Source: an uncultured Ruminiclostridium sp.
Lineage (GTDB): Bacteria > Bacillota > Clostridia > DSM-8532
Length of the DNA stretch: 41,630 bases
Assembly (NCBI GenBank): GCA_964391395.1
Contig: CAYMLJ010000002.1
Coordinates: 1-41,630, forward strand
Reading direction: 5' to 3'
Below the pieces are notes generated by a model. It was not told the origin of the DNA. It worked only from the letters and a program-made list of their open reading frames with translations, and did no database searches. Shown here in pieces: positions 9,659-19,301 of the stretch. The stretch's first letter is position 1; each line of letters begins with the position of its first letter. Both the position numbers and the translations under genes were made by a program.

Positions 9659-11200
9659 ATGTCCAGACAAATATATATTTTTGATACGACCTTAAGAGAT
9701 GGAGAGCAGTCCCCCGGATGCAGCATGAATCTCCAGGAAAAGATAGAGGTTGCTAAACAATTAGAGCGGATGAAGGTAGATGTTATAGAAGCCGGATTTG
9801 CAATTTCGTCTCCCGGCGATTTTCAGTCGGTTAAATCAATCGCCGACACTATAAAGGATTGTACTGTTGCAAGCTTATCCAGGGCTCTTCCGCAAGATAT
9901 TGACAGGTCGTGGGAAGCTATTAAGAATGCTGTTAGTCCGAGAATACACGTGTTTTTGGCAACATCACCAATCCATATGAAGCACAAATTGAGAATGTCA
10001 CCGGATGAAGTGTTAGAAAGAGCTAAAAATATGGTAGCCTATGCGAAAAAATATTGCTCGGATATAGAATTCTCGGCCGAGGATGCCACAAGAAGCCAAC
10101 CGGAATTCTTATATCAGGTTTTTGAAGCTGTAATAAATGCAGGTGCCACAGTAATTAATGTACCAGATACCGTAGGATATACTACACCGGAAGAGTTCTA
10201 TGAACTCATAAAAAATATAAAAGAAAACGTTAGTAATAGTGATAAAGCTAAGATTGCGGTGCATTGTCACAATGACCTCGGAATGGCCGTAGCCAATACC
10301 TTGGCAGCCGCAAGAGCCGGTGCTACCCAGCTTGAATGTACAATAAATGGTATAGGAGAAAGAGCGGGTAATGCAGCCGTAGAGGAAATTGTTATGGCAA
10401 TTAAAACGAGGCCATACTTTTACGATATGGATTTACGGCTGGATACTACTCAAATTTCCAGGTCTTCAAGGCTTATAAGCAGTATTACAGGTGTGCCTGT
10501 ACAGCCCAATAAGGCTATTGTAGGGGCAAATGCATTTGCCCACGAATCCGGGATTCACCAGCATGGAGTATTAGCGGAAAAAAGTACATACGAAATTATT
10601 ACCCCCGAATCAATAGGCCTTGCAAAAAATAATATGGTGCTCGGAAAGCACTCGGGAAGACATGCCTTTGAGGATAGACTGAAAACTTTGGGATATAACC
10701 TGGATAAAGAAGAGCTTGATGAAACCTTTAATAAGTTTAAAGTTCTGGCAGATAAGAAAAAAGTTGTACAGGATGCTGACTTAGAGGTGCTATTACAGCA
10801 TAAGGCCGTGGAAGTACCTGAGATTTATAAGCTTGATAGATTTGTAATAAATACGGGTAATACCATTACCGCTACAGCCTCTGTACGTCTTGTGAAACAA
10901 AACGGCGACAATTTGGTTATTGAGGAAGTTTCTACCGGAGATGGGCCAATAGACGCAGCATTTAAAGCTATTGAAAAAATTGCTGGGGTTACCTTTACAC
11001 TGGAGGACTATACTCTTAGGTCAGTAACCGAAGGGCAGGATGCACAGGGTGAGGCATATGTGAAAATACGATCAGGTGCAAGAATATATACCGGTAAGGG
11101 TGTCAGTACAGACGTGTTTGAGGCCAGTGTACTATCCTATGTGAATGCTATTAATAAAATGATTCACGAGGAAAAACTGGAAGAAGTATTACCGCAATAA
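9659..11200 (+). CDS. leuA: 2-isopropylmalate synthase
   Basis: IFDTTLRDGEQSPG, HCHNDLGMAVANTLAA and HESGIHQ motifs plus a C-terminal LeuA regulatory domain. I prefer the ATG at 9659 (AGGAGG RBS) over the track's 9641. Confidence 0.93.
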   Translation: MSRQIYIFDTTLRDGEQSPGCSMNLQEKIEVAKQLERMKVDVIEAGFAISSPGDFQSVKSIADTIKDCTVASLSRALPQDIDRSWEAIKNAVSPRIHVFLATSPIHMKHKLRMSPDEVLERAKNMVAYAKKYCSDIEFSAEDATRSQPEFLYQVFEAVINAGATVINVPDTVGYTTPEEFYELIKNIKENVSNSDKAKIAVHCHNDLGMAVANTLAAARAGATQLECTINGIGERAGNAAVEEIVMAIKTRPYFYDMDLRLDTTQISRSSRLISSITGVPVQPNKAIVGANAFAHESGIHQHGVLAEKSTYEIITPESIGLAKNNMVLGKHSGRHAFEDRLKTLGYNLDKEELDETFNKFKVLADKKKVVQDADLEVLLQHKAVEVPEIYKLDRFVINTGNTITATASVRLVKQNGDNLVIEEVSTGDGPIDAAFKAIEKIAGVTFTLEDYTLRSVTEGQDAQGEAYVKIRSGARIYTGKGVSTDVFEASVLSYVNAINKMIHEEKLEEVLPQ

Positions 11201-11230
11201 TTTAGTCTAGTATGAGAGGGTTGATGGAGA

Positions 11231-12820
11231 ATGAAAAAAGTAATTGACATATTTGATTCAACACTGCGAGACGGTGCACAGGCCGAGAGCATCTCATTCT
11301 CGGTTGAAGATAAGCTGAAGATTGTTAAGGCTCTTGACGACTTGGGAATTTCCTATATCGAAGCGGGAAACCCCGGTTCCAATCCCAAGGATATTGAGTT
11401 TTTTGAGAAAATGAGAGCCATTACCCTCAAATCGGCTAAGCTGACGGCGTTTGGAAGTACCAGAAGAAGGGATATTTCGGTAGAGGACGACAAAAATGTT
11501 CAGTCACTAATTGATGCGCATACTCCTGCTGTCGCAATATTCGGAAAATCATGGGATTTTCATGTGACTGAAATCATAAAAACAACTCTAGAAGAGAATG
11601 AAAAAATGGTTTTAGAGACCCTTGCCTTCTTTAAAAAGAAAGGTAAAGAAGTCATCTTCGATGCCGAGCATTTTTTTGACGGGTATAAAGCAAATCCGGA
11701 ATATGCTTTTAGAGTTTTAAAAGCGGCTGTTGAAGGCGGAGCCGATTGCTTGGTTTTATGCGATACTAACGGAGGTTGCTTTCCAAATACAGTTTATGAA
11801 GTTGTTAGGAAAGTAAAAGAGACATTTAAAGTTAAAGTGGGAATTCATGCACATAATGACTGCGGAATGGCAGTAGCAAACTCAATTATGGCCGTTGAAG
11901 CCGGTGCTGAACATGTTCAGGGAACATACATAGGTTTTGGAGAGAGATGTGGTAATGCAAACTTGAGCACTATTATTCCCAACCTGCAGATTAAAAAAGA
12001 CAGATACTGCATACCGGAAGATCAGTTAAAAAGTCTTACTTATACAGCAAGAAAAATAGCTGAAATAGCAAATATATCCCTCAATAAAAGGGAGCCGTAT
12101 GTAGGCAGCAGCGCCTTTGCCCATAAAGGCGGTATGCATATTGACGGTGTTTGCAAAGCATCAGCATCCTTTGAACATATTAATCCGGAACTTGTAGGAA
12201 ACAAACGCAGATTCCTTATGTCCGAAGTATCGGGAAGGAATACCATTTTGGAAAAGATTCGCGAATTGAACCCTGCAATTAATAAAGAATCAAGTGAGAC
12301 TGAGGCAATTATCAGTAGACTCAAAGAACTTGAGCATCAGGGATATCAATTTGAGGGGGCTGAAAGTACCTTCGAACTGGTTATAAGAAAACAGCTTGGC
12401 AAGTATAAACCTTTCTTTGAATTAGAGAAGTTTAAACTCATGACCGAACAACCAAACCGGTCAGGATCATCAGCATCAGCCCTGATAAAAGTGAAAGTGG
12501 ACGGAAAATCTGAGATAACTGCCGCCGAGGGAGACGGACCTGTTCATGCTTTGGACAGAGCCCTCAGGAAAGCATTGGAGGTATTCTACCCTGAGTTATC
12601 CCATGTCTACCTGACTGATTTTAAAGTGCGTGTTATAGATTCACAATCGGCAACAGCCGCCAAGGTTCGAGTTTTAATCGAATCTACCGACGGTGAAACA
12701 TCATGGACAACAGTGGGAGTATCCACCGACATTATAGAAGCAAGCTGGATTGCCCTTGTAGATTCGATAGAGTATAAGCTTTTAAAAGAGCTGGAAAAAA
12801 AGATAAAAGTATATGTATAA
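11231..12820 (+). CDS. cimA: (R)-citramalate synthase (LeuA paralogue, isoleucine pathway)
   Basis: 529 aa. [31 protein letters not shown] and HKGGMH motifs. The architecture is typical of the CimA clade. The assignment against a second LeuA is by family resemblance only. Confidence 0.8.
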   Translation: MKKVIDIFDSTLRDGAQAESISFSVEDKLKIVKALDDLGISYIEAGNPGSNPKDIEFFEKMRAITLKSAKLTAFGSTRRRDISVEDDKNVQSLIDAHTPAVAIFGKSWDFHVTEIIKTTLEENEKMVLETLAFFKKKGKEVIFDAEHFFDGYKANPEYAFRVLKAAVEGGADCLVLCDTNGGCFPNTVYEVVRKVKETFKVKVGIHAHNDCGMAVANSIMAVEAGAEHVQGTYIGFGERCGNANLSTIIPNLQIKKDRYCIPEDQLKSLTYTARKIAEIANISLNKREPYVGSSAFAHKGGMHIDGVCKASASFEHINPELVGNKRRFLMSEVSGRNTILEKIRELNPAINKESSETEAIISRLKELEHQGYQFEGAESTFELVIRKQLGKYKPFFELEKFKLMTEQPNRSGSSASALIKVKVDGKSEITAAEGDGPVHALDRALRKALEVFYPELSHVYLTDFKVRVIDSQSATAAKVRVLIESTDGETSWTTVGVSTDIIEASWIALVDSIEYKLLKELEKKIKVYV

Positions 12821-12834
12821 AAGGAGGAAATAAT

Positions 12835-14094
12835 ATGGGAATGACGATGTCACAAAAAATTCTGGCAGCTCATACCGGTCTTGATAAATTAGTTCCCGGT
12901 CAATTAATAGAAGCCGATCTCGATTTGGTGCTGGGAAACGATATTACTTCTCCCGTAGCGGTTAACGAATTTAAAAAAACCGGTTTGGATAAGGTGTTCG
13001 ATACAAAAAAAATAGCTATAGTTCCCGACCATTTTACACCTAATAAAGATATAAAAGCAGCAGAGCAGTGTAAAATGATACGTGAATTCGCTTGCGAGAT
13101 GGAAATTGAGAATTACTTCGAAATCGGGGAAATGGGAATAGAGCATTGTCTAATACCGGAGAAAGGTCTTGCTGTACCCGGCGATTTGATTATCGGTGCT
13201 GATTCTCACACCTGTACCTACGGTGCACTTGGTGCTTTCTCAACAGGAGTGGGAAGTACCGATATGGCAGCAGGTATGGCAACCGGCAAAGCCTGGTTCA
13301 AGGTGCCGTCAGCATTAAAGTTCGTTTTAAAGGGTAAGCCACAAGGGTGGGTATCCGGCAAGGATGTTATTCTGCATATAATCGGTATGATAGGTGTTGA
13401 CGGAGCACTGTACAAATCTATGGAGTTTATGGGAGAGGGCCTTATTAACCTTTCTATGGATGATAGATTCACAATGGCAAACATGGCTATTGAGGCCGGT
13501 GCCAAAAACGGCATTTTTATGGTGGACGAACGCACTTTAGAATATGTAAAAGAGCATTCAACTAGGTCTTACAAGGTTTATGAACCCGACGATGATGCCG
13601 TTTATGAGAAAGTTTTTGAAATAGATTTAAGCACCATCAGACCCACCGTGGCATTTCCTCATTTACCTGATAATACCCGAACCATCGATGAGGTTGGAGA
13701 TGTAACTATTGATCAGGTTGTTATAGGCTCATGTACCAACGGACGCATGGAGGACTTAAGAGTAGCCGCAAAAATTCTTAAAGGTAAAAAGGTTAAGAAG
13801 GGAATCAGATGTATAGTATTCCCGGGCACTCAGAATATATATCTTCAAGCCCTAAAGGAAGGGCTGATTACAGACATTGTGGAAGCCGGAGCTGTATTTT
13901 CAACCCCTACCTGTGGTCCGTGCTTAGGCGGTCATATGGGTATTTTAGCAAAGGGAGAAAGGGCTGTTTCAACCACTAACCGTAATTTTGTGGGCCGTAT
14001 GGGTCATGTAGAGTCTGAGGTTTACCTTGCAAGCCCGGCGGTAGCAGCTGCCTCGGCATTAACCGGCAAAATCACAGACCCCGACGCAATTTGA
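12835..14094 (+). CDS. leuC: 3-isopropylmalate dehydratase large subunit (short, archaeal-type)
   Basis: 419 aa aconitase-family protein ([20 protein letters not shown] cluster ligands). AAGGAGG RBS. Confidence 0.93.
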   Translation: MGMTMSQKILAAHTGLDKLVPGQLIEADLDLVLGNDITSPVAVNEFKKTGLDKVFDTKKIAIVPDHFTPNKDIKAAEQCKMIREFACEMEIENYFEIGEMGIEHCLIPEKGLAVPGDLIIGADSHTCTYGALGAFSTGVGSTDMAAGMATGKAWFKVPSALKFVLKGKPQGWVSGKDVILHIIGMIGVDGALYKSMEFMGEGLINLSMDDRFTMANMAIEAGAKNGIFMVDERTLEYVKEHSTRSYKVYEPDDDAVYEKVFEIDLSTIRPTVAFPHLPDNTRTIDEVGDVTIDQVVIGSCTNGRMEDLRVAAKILKGKKVKKGIRCIVFPGTQNIYLQALKEGLITDIVEAGAVFSTPTCGPCLGGHMGILAKGERAVSTTNRNFVGRMGHVESEVYLASPAVAAASALTGKITDPDAI

Positions 14095-14103
14095 ATGGGG
14101 CAA

Positions 14104-14135
14104 GGGGACAAGTACCTTGTCCCAGAATCGTCCCC
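14104..14135 (+). other. Stable hairpin with an alternative pairing in the leuC-leuD spacer
   Basis: GGGACAAG (14105-14112) pairs with CTTGTCCC (14116-14123) around a 3-nt loop. Downstream GTCCCC (14130-14135) can instead pair with GGGGAC (14104-14109). Confidence 0.5.
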
Positions 14136-14169
14136 TGTTGCCACACATTACAAAAATAAGGAGGCTGTT

Positions 14170-14652
14170 ATGAAAGCAAAAGGTAAAGTATTCAGATATC
14201 AGAATAATGTTGACACAGATGTCATAATCCCTGCCAGACACCTTAACACCAGTGACCCCAAGGAATTAGCAAGTCATTGTATGGAGGATATTGACAAGGA
14301 TTTTATAAAAAACGTTAAGGCTGGAGATATAATCGTAGCCGACAAAAATTTCGGATGCGGTTCATCCCGGGAGCATGCCCCTATAGCTATAAAGGCTTCA
14401 GGCATTTCATGCGTTATCGCTTCTTCATTTGCACGGATTTTCTTTAGAAATTCAATTAATATCGGCCTTCCTATATTGGAATGCGAAGAGGCCGTCAAGG
14501 GAACAGAGCAAGGAGATGAGCTTGATGTGGATTTTGATACGGGGACAATTCGAAATCTTACAAAAGGAACTACTTTCAACGCACAGCCGTTCCCCGAATT
14601 CATGCAAAGAATTATAGAGGCTGAGGGACTGATCAATTATATTAAGGAATGA
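14170..14652 (+). CDS. leuD: 3-isopropylmalate dehydratase small subunit
   Basis: 161 aa from the ATG at 14170 (AAGGAGG RBS 7 nt upstream). [11 protein letters not shown] motif. The track ORF's extra 25 codons cover the structured spacer. Confidence 0.9.
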   Translation: MKAKGKVFRYQNNVDTDVIIPARHLNTSDPKELASHCMEDIDKDFIKNVKAGDIIVADKNFGCGSSREHAPIAIKASGISCVIASSFARIFFRNSINIGLPILECEEAVKGTEQGDELDVDFDTGTIRNLTKGTTFNAQPFPEFMQRIIEAEGLINYIKE

Positions 14653-14675
14653 GAATTAAGCAATAGGAGGCCCTT

Positions 14676-15755
14676 ATGAAATATAAGTTAGCCGTTATTC
14701 CCGGTGATGGGATCGGACCGGAAATTGTAAACCAGGGACTTGAAGTTTTGAATAGAGTTGGACAAATATATGGACATAAATTCGAATATAGAACTCTTTT
14801 AGCAGGCGGATGTGCCATTGATGTCACAGGAGAGCCGCTCCCAAAGGAAACAGTAGAAGTATGCAAGAAAAGCGATGCTGTAATTCTTGGAGCTGTAGGG
14901 GGCCAGAAATGGGACACTCTTCCCGGACATTTGCGGCCGGAACAGGCACTTCTAGGTCTAAGAGGCCAATTAGGATTATTCGCAAACCTTAGGCCTGCCG
15001 TAATATATAAGGAACTAAGAGACGCTTGTCCATTGAAGCCAGAGATTATCGGTGACAGTATCGATATCATGGTAGTCCGTGAACTTACCGGGGGAATCTA
15101 CTTTGGGCAAAGAGGTCGCCGTGAGGGTAAAAAGGGTCAGGAAGCCTTTGATACCGAAACATACAGTGTGGGTGAGGTTGAGAGAATAGCTAAAATTGCA
15201 TTTGAAATAGCAAAAAAGCGGAATAAAAAGGTCACTAGCATTGATAAGGCAAATATTCTTGAAAGCTCAAGATTATGGCGTGAAGTGGTAACAAATGTTT
15301 CAAAGGATTATCCGGAAATCAGCCTGGATCATTTATATGTAGATAACGCTGCTATGCAGCTTATCAGAGATCCCCGCCAGTTTGACGTTATTGTAACAAG
15401 TAATATGTTTGGCGATATTTTATCTGACGAGGCAAGTATGATAACCGGCTCTATCGGAATGCTACCCTCTGCGAGCCTCGATGAAAACAGTTTTGGTTTA
15501 TATGAACCTATACATGGTTCTGCTCCCGATATTGCCGGGCAGGACAAGGCAAATCCCATAGCCACAATCTTGTCCATCGCCATGCTGCTAAGATACACTC
15601 TAAATCTTGAAAAAGAAGCTCAGAATGTTGAAGATGCTGTTAATAAAGTACTTGAAGAGGGTTATAGAACAGGCGATATCATGAGCCCCGGAAAAACCCT
15701 TGCGGGCACAAATAAAATGGGAGAGCTTATTGTAGAAAGTTTGAGTAAATTATAA
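14676..15755 (+). CDS. leuB: 3-isopropylmalate dehydrogenase
   Basis: 359 aa, [10 protein letters not shown] and [26 protein letters not shown] motifs. Confidence 0.95.
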   Translation: MKYKLAVIPGDGIGPEIVNQGLEVLNRVGQIYGHKFEYRTLLAGGCAIDVTGEPLPKETVEVCKKSDAVILGAVGGQKWDTLPGHLRPEQALLGLRGQLGLFANLRPAVIYKELRDACPLKPEIIGDSIDIMVVRELTGGIYFGQRGRREGKKGQEAFDTETYSVGEVERIAKIAFEIAKKRNKKVTSIDKANILESSRLWREVVTNVSKDYPEISLDHLYVDNAAMQLIRDPRQFDVIVTSNMFGDILSDEASMITGSIGMLPSASLDENSFGLYEPIHGSAPDIAGQDKANPIATILSIAMLLRYTLNLEKEAQNVEDAVNKVLEEGYRTGDIMSPGKTLAGTNKMGELIVESLSKL

Positions 15756-15782
15756 AATCTAAAAAATGAAAGGCGTGATAAA

Positions 15783-17444
15783 ATGCGTAGCAATTCTGTT
15801 AAAACCGGATTGGAAAGAGCACCACATAGATCATTATTTAAAGCTCTGGGATTAACTGATGAAGAAATGAAACGTCCGTTAATCGGTATTGTAAATGCTA
15901 AGAGCGAGGTTGTTCCGGGGCATATGCACCTTGATAAGGTCGCAGAGGCTGCAAAAGCCGGTGTCCGCATGGCTGGGGGCACACCTATGGAGTTCCCGTC
16001 TATAGGAGTCTGCGACGGGATAGCAATGGGCCATATAGGTATGCATTACTCATTGCCTTCTAGAGAGCTCATTGCAGACAGCCTGGAATCTATGGCTCTG
16101 GCACAAGGCTTTGATGGGTTAGTACTTATTCCAAATTGCGATAAAATTGTTCCCGGAATGCTTATGGGAGCAGCCCGTTTAAATATCCCCACTATTGTCT
16201 GTAGTGGTGGTGCCATGCTGGCCGGAAGGGTTAGTGGAAATGGTATAAGCCTTACCAATATGTTTGAGGCTGTAGGGGCTGTTCAGGCCGGTAAAATGAG
16301 TGAGGATGAGCTTAATAGCCTTGAAAACAGTGCATGTGCCAGCTGTGGATCCTGTTCGGGAATGTTTACCGCCAACAGTATGAACTGTCTGACAGAAGCA
16401 ATCGGCATGGCTTTGCCGGGTAATGGAACTATCCCTGCTGTTTATTCGGAGCGTTTACGCCTTGCAAAAATGACCGGGATGAAAATTATGGAGCTTGTAG
16501 AAAAAGATATCAAGCCCAGAGATGTTATAACGTCCGATGCTCTTCACAATGCTCTTTCGGTTGATATGGCATTAGGCTGCAGTACCAACAGCATGCTGCA
16601 TCTTCCGGCGATAGCATATGAAGCTGGTGTCCATTTTGACTTGGATTTGGCAAATAGTATAAGCGAAAAGACTCCTAACCTATGCAAGCTTGCTCCGGCC
16701 GGAAACCATTTTGTGGAGGATTTATATGCAGCCGGCGGCGTGAGTGCTGTTATGAAGGAGCTGTCTAAAAAAAGCTTATTAAAAGAAAATTGTCCAACGG
16801 TTACTGGCATGACAGTAGGTGAAAATATTGCAAATGTTGTTAATATGAATCCAAATGTAATCAGACCTATTGATAATCCTTATTCGGTAACAGGCGGAAT
16901 TGCGGTTCTTAAAGGCAATCTTGCTCCCGATGGAAGCGTGGTAAAAAGAAGTGCCGTGGCTGAAAAAATGCTGGTTCATGAAGGCCCGGCAAGAGTATTT
17001 GATTCAGAGGACGAGGTAATTAAAGCCATTTTAGACGGTGAAATAAAAAAGGGTGAGGTAGTTGTTATCCGTTATGAAGGCCCAAGAGGAGGACCGGGTA
17101 TGCGTGAGATGCTTATGCCGACTTCTGTTCTTGCAGGAATGGGCTTGGATGCCGATGTGGCTCTAATCACAGACGGACGTTTTAGCGGAGCAACCAGAGG
17201 CGCCTGTATCGGGCATGTATCACCGGAAGCTGCTGATGGTGGCCCAATCGCCCTAGTCAGAGACGGAGATATTATATCTATCGATATGAAGAAATGCAGC
17301 CTTAATCTTAAAGTTTCCGATGAGGAGCTTGAAAACAGAAGAAAGAACTGGGTTTGTCCATCGCCTAAGATTAAGACGGGATATCTTGCACGCTACTCAA
17401 AATTTGTTACATCAGCCAGCGAAGGCGCTGTAATGAAAGTATAG
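15783..17444 (+). CDS. ilvD: Dihydroxy-acid dehydratase
   Basis: 553 aa, [18 protein letters not shown] and [14 protein letters not shown] motifs. Confidence 0.96.
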   Translation: MRSNSVKTGLERAPHRSLFKALGLTDEEMKRPLIGIVNAKSEVVPGHMHLDKVAEAAKAGVRMAGGTPMEFPSIGVCDGIAMGHIGMHYSLPSRELIADSLESMALAQGFDGLVLIPNCDKIVPGMLMGAARLNIPTIVCSGGAMLAGRVSGNGISLTNMFEAVGAVQAGKMSEDELNSLENSACASCGSCSGMFTANSMNCLTEAIGMALPGNGTIPAVYSERLRLAKMTGMKIMELVEKDIKPRDVITSDALHNALSVDMALGCSTNSMLHLPAIAYEAGVHFDLDLANSISEKTPNLCKLAPAGNHFVEDLYAAGGVSAVMKELSKKSLLKENCPTVTGMTVGENIANVVNMNPNVIRPIDNPYSVTGGIAVLKGNLAPDGSVVKRSAVAEKMLVHEGPARVFDSEDEVIKAILDGEIKKGEVVVIRYEGPRGGPGMREMLMPTSVLAGMGLDADVALITDGRFSGATRGACIGHVSPEAADGGPIALVRDGDIISIDMKKCSLNLKVSDEELENRRKNWVCPSPKIKTGYLARYSKFVTSASEGAVMKV

Positions 17445-17456
17445 GAGGATATAAAA

Positions 17457-19139
17457 TTGAAATTAAACGGAGCTGAAATTCTAGTTGAATGCCTGCTTGA
17501 GCAAGGTGTAGATACCGTATTTGGATTTCCCGGAGGAGCAGTTTTAAATATTTACGACGCTCTATATAAATATCAGGAAAAAATCCGCCATATATTAACC
17601 TCCCATGAACAAGGGGCCTCCCATGCAGCTGATGGTTATGCCAGAGCCTCGGGTAAGGTTGGTGTTTGTCTTGCTACCTCAGGACCGGGAGCTACCAATC
17701 TGGTTACGGGTATCGCTACCGCTTATATGGACTCGATTCCAATGGTGGCTATTACAGGTAATGTTGCACTGAACCTACTTGGTAAGGATAGCTTTCAAGA
17801 GGTAGATATTACGGGTATTACAATGCCTATTACCAAACATAACTTTATCGTGAAAGATGTAAATGACTTAGCCGATATTGTGAGGAAAGCCTTTAGAATT
17901 GCCAAAGAGGGCAGACCCGGACCTGTACTTATAGATATTCCAAAGGATATTACTGCCCAAAAGACCGAATATGTGAAAAAAGGAGCCGAAGTAATTGAAA
18001 GGTCTGTCGAGTATATAAATGATAATGCTGTTACAGGTGCCATAAAACTCTTAAACAACAGTGACAGACCAATAATATACGCAGGCGGGGGTGTATCTAC
18101 ATCAGATGCATGCGAAGAGCTTTTTGAACTGGTGGAAAAACTACGTGCCCCTGTCACATTAAGTCTTATGGGAATGGGAGCTTTCCCTGCAACCCATGAG
18201 CTTTATACAGGTATGGTAGGAATGCACGGAACAAAGGCTTCGAATATGGCAGTTACCGAATGTGATCTTCTTGTGGCAATAGGAGCCCGTTTCAGTGACC
18301 GCGTTATAAGCAAGCTTGAGCGCTTTGCACCCTGTGCAAAGATTCTTCATATTGATATTGATGCTGCAGAGGTCAATAAAAACATCAAATCTGAATGCCA
18401 TATAATAGGCGATGTAAAAAAAGTTCTCAGCCGTATAAACAAAAGTATTGAAACCCGTGATAGAAGCCAATGGCTTAGCTTTATAAAAGAATTGATAGAA
18501 AAATACCCGTTAAGCAAAGACTCGGAGGATTTGACTCCTCAATTTATACTGGACAAAATTTATGAAATTACTCAGGGAGATGCTATTTTATCAACCGAAG
18601 TCGGTCAGCATCAAATTTGGACAGCCCAATACTATAAGTTTACAAAGCCTCGTACACTTATAACCTCGGGTGGATTGGGTACAATGGGCTTTGGATTGGG
18701 AGCTTCAATGGGGGCTCAGATTGCAAGACCCGATAAAAGAGTATTTAATATTGCTGGCGACGGCAGCTTCAGAATGAATCTAAACGAGCTTGCCACAGCA
18801 GTAGAATATAACCTGCCTATTATTGTGGTAATTATGAATAATCATGCTTTAGGTATGGTAAGACAATGGCAGAATATGTTCTATGACAAGAGGTTTTCCC
18901 ATACAACATTGGATAGAGGAACTGATTTTGTCAAGCTAGCAGAAGCCTTTGGTGCATGCGGTTTTAATCTGACTAAAAAAGAGGACACCGAGAGAATAAT
19001 TACTGAAGCATTAAGCTTAAATCGTCCTGTAGTTATAAACTGCGAGATAGACAAGGATCTGAAGGTTTGGCCTATGGTTCCTCCCGGAGCAGCTTTAGAG
19101 GATGTTTTAGTCGGCGAATCGGATGTAATAAATAATTGA
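17457..19139 (+). CDS. ilvB: Second acetolactate synthase large-subunit paralogue (no adjacent small subunit)
   Basis: 560 aa, TTG start after a GGAGG RBS. It has the same ThDP motifs as the first copy (ATSGPGATNL, GGLGTMGFGLGASMGA, GDGSFRMN). Confidence 0.9.
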   Translation: MKLNGAEILVECLLEQGVDTVFGFPGGAVLNIYDALYKYQEKIRHILTSHEQGASHAADGYARASGKVGVCLATSGPGATNLVTGIATAYMDSIPMVAITGNVALNLLGKDSFQEVDITGITMPITKHNFIVKDVNDLADIVRKAFRIAKEGRPGPVLIDIPKDITAQKTEYVKKGAEVIERSVEYINDNAVTGAIKLLNNSDRPIIYAGGGVSTSDACEELFELVEKLRAPVTLSLMGMGAFPATHELYTGMVGMHGTKASNMAVTECDLLVAIGARFSDRVISKLERFAPCAKILHIDIDAAEVNKNIKSECHIIGDVKKVLSRINKSIETRDRSQWLSFIKELIEKYPLSKDSEDLTPQFILDKIYEITQGDAILSTEVGQHQIWTAQYYKFTKPRTLITSGGLGTMGFGLGASMGAQIARPDKRVFNIAGDGSFRMNLNELATAVEYNLPIIVVIMNNHALGMVRQWQNMFYDKRFSHTTLDRGTDFVKLAEAFGACGFNLTKKEDTERIITEALSLNRPVVINCEIDKDLKVWPMVPPGAALEDVLVGESDVINN

Positions 19140-19164
19140 CAAACATATTAAATCATCATAACAT
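19136..19164 (+). promoter_or_regulatory. Possible sigma-A promoter for the glmM leader
   Basis: TTGACA (19136-19141, overlapping the ilvB2 stop codon), 17-nt spacer, TAACAT (19159-19164). The -10 is imperfect. Confidence 0.35.
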
Positions 19165-19174
19165 ATTAATGTTG

Positions 19175-19245
19175 GGGGAGCGGCTTATACCGGATTGTGC
19201 TATCTTAATAAGGTAGAAGTTGCCGGTAGAGATCCGGTGTTCCCC
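19175..19245 (+). promoter_or_regulatory. Structured leader element upstream of glmM (unassigned class; candidate sensor domain)
   Basis: Closing helix GGGGAGC (19175-19181) / GTTCCCC (19239-19245). Helix ACCGGAT (19189-19195) / ATCCGGT (19232-19238). Apical hairpin CTATC / GGTAG (19200-19216). Confidence 0.4.
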
Positions 19246-19252
19246 ACTATCC

Positions 19253-19278
19253 GGGCTCTTTGAGGGGAGTCCTTTTTT
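19253..19278 (+). terminator. Intrinsic terminator 24 nt upstream of the glmM start (ilv operon terminator and/or glmM attenuator)
   Basis: GGGCTC (19253-19258) pairs with GAGTCC (19267-19272) with one G-U pair and an 8-nt loop, followed by T6 (19273-19278). Confidence 0.6.
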
Positions 19279-19301
19279 GTGTAACTAATGGAGGTTTTAA
19301 T

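Noticed and set aside
14095-14169. 25-codon N-terminal extension of leuD starting right after the leuC stop.
   Set aside because: A strong AAGGAGG RBS precedes the internal ATG at 14170, where homology to LeuD begins. The extension covers a stable hairpin.
19175-19246. A tRNA-like cloverleaf: a 7-bp acceptor-like stem, a 5-bp anticodon-like stem with a 7-nt loop (U33 present, 'anticodon' AAU), and a 5-bp T-like stem.
   Set aside because: No D-arm can be formed. The T-loop reads TAGAGAT instead of TTCRANT, there is no CCA, and AAU is not a normal bacterial anticodon. An alternative 7-bp helix competes with the T-like stem. I treat it as a structured leader and not as a tRNA gene.
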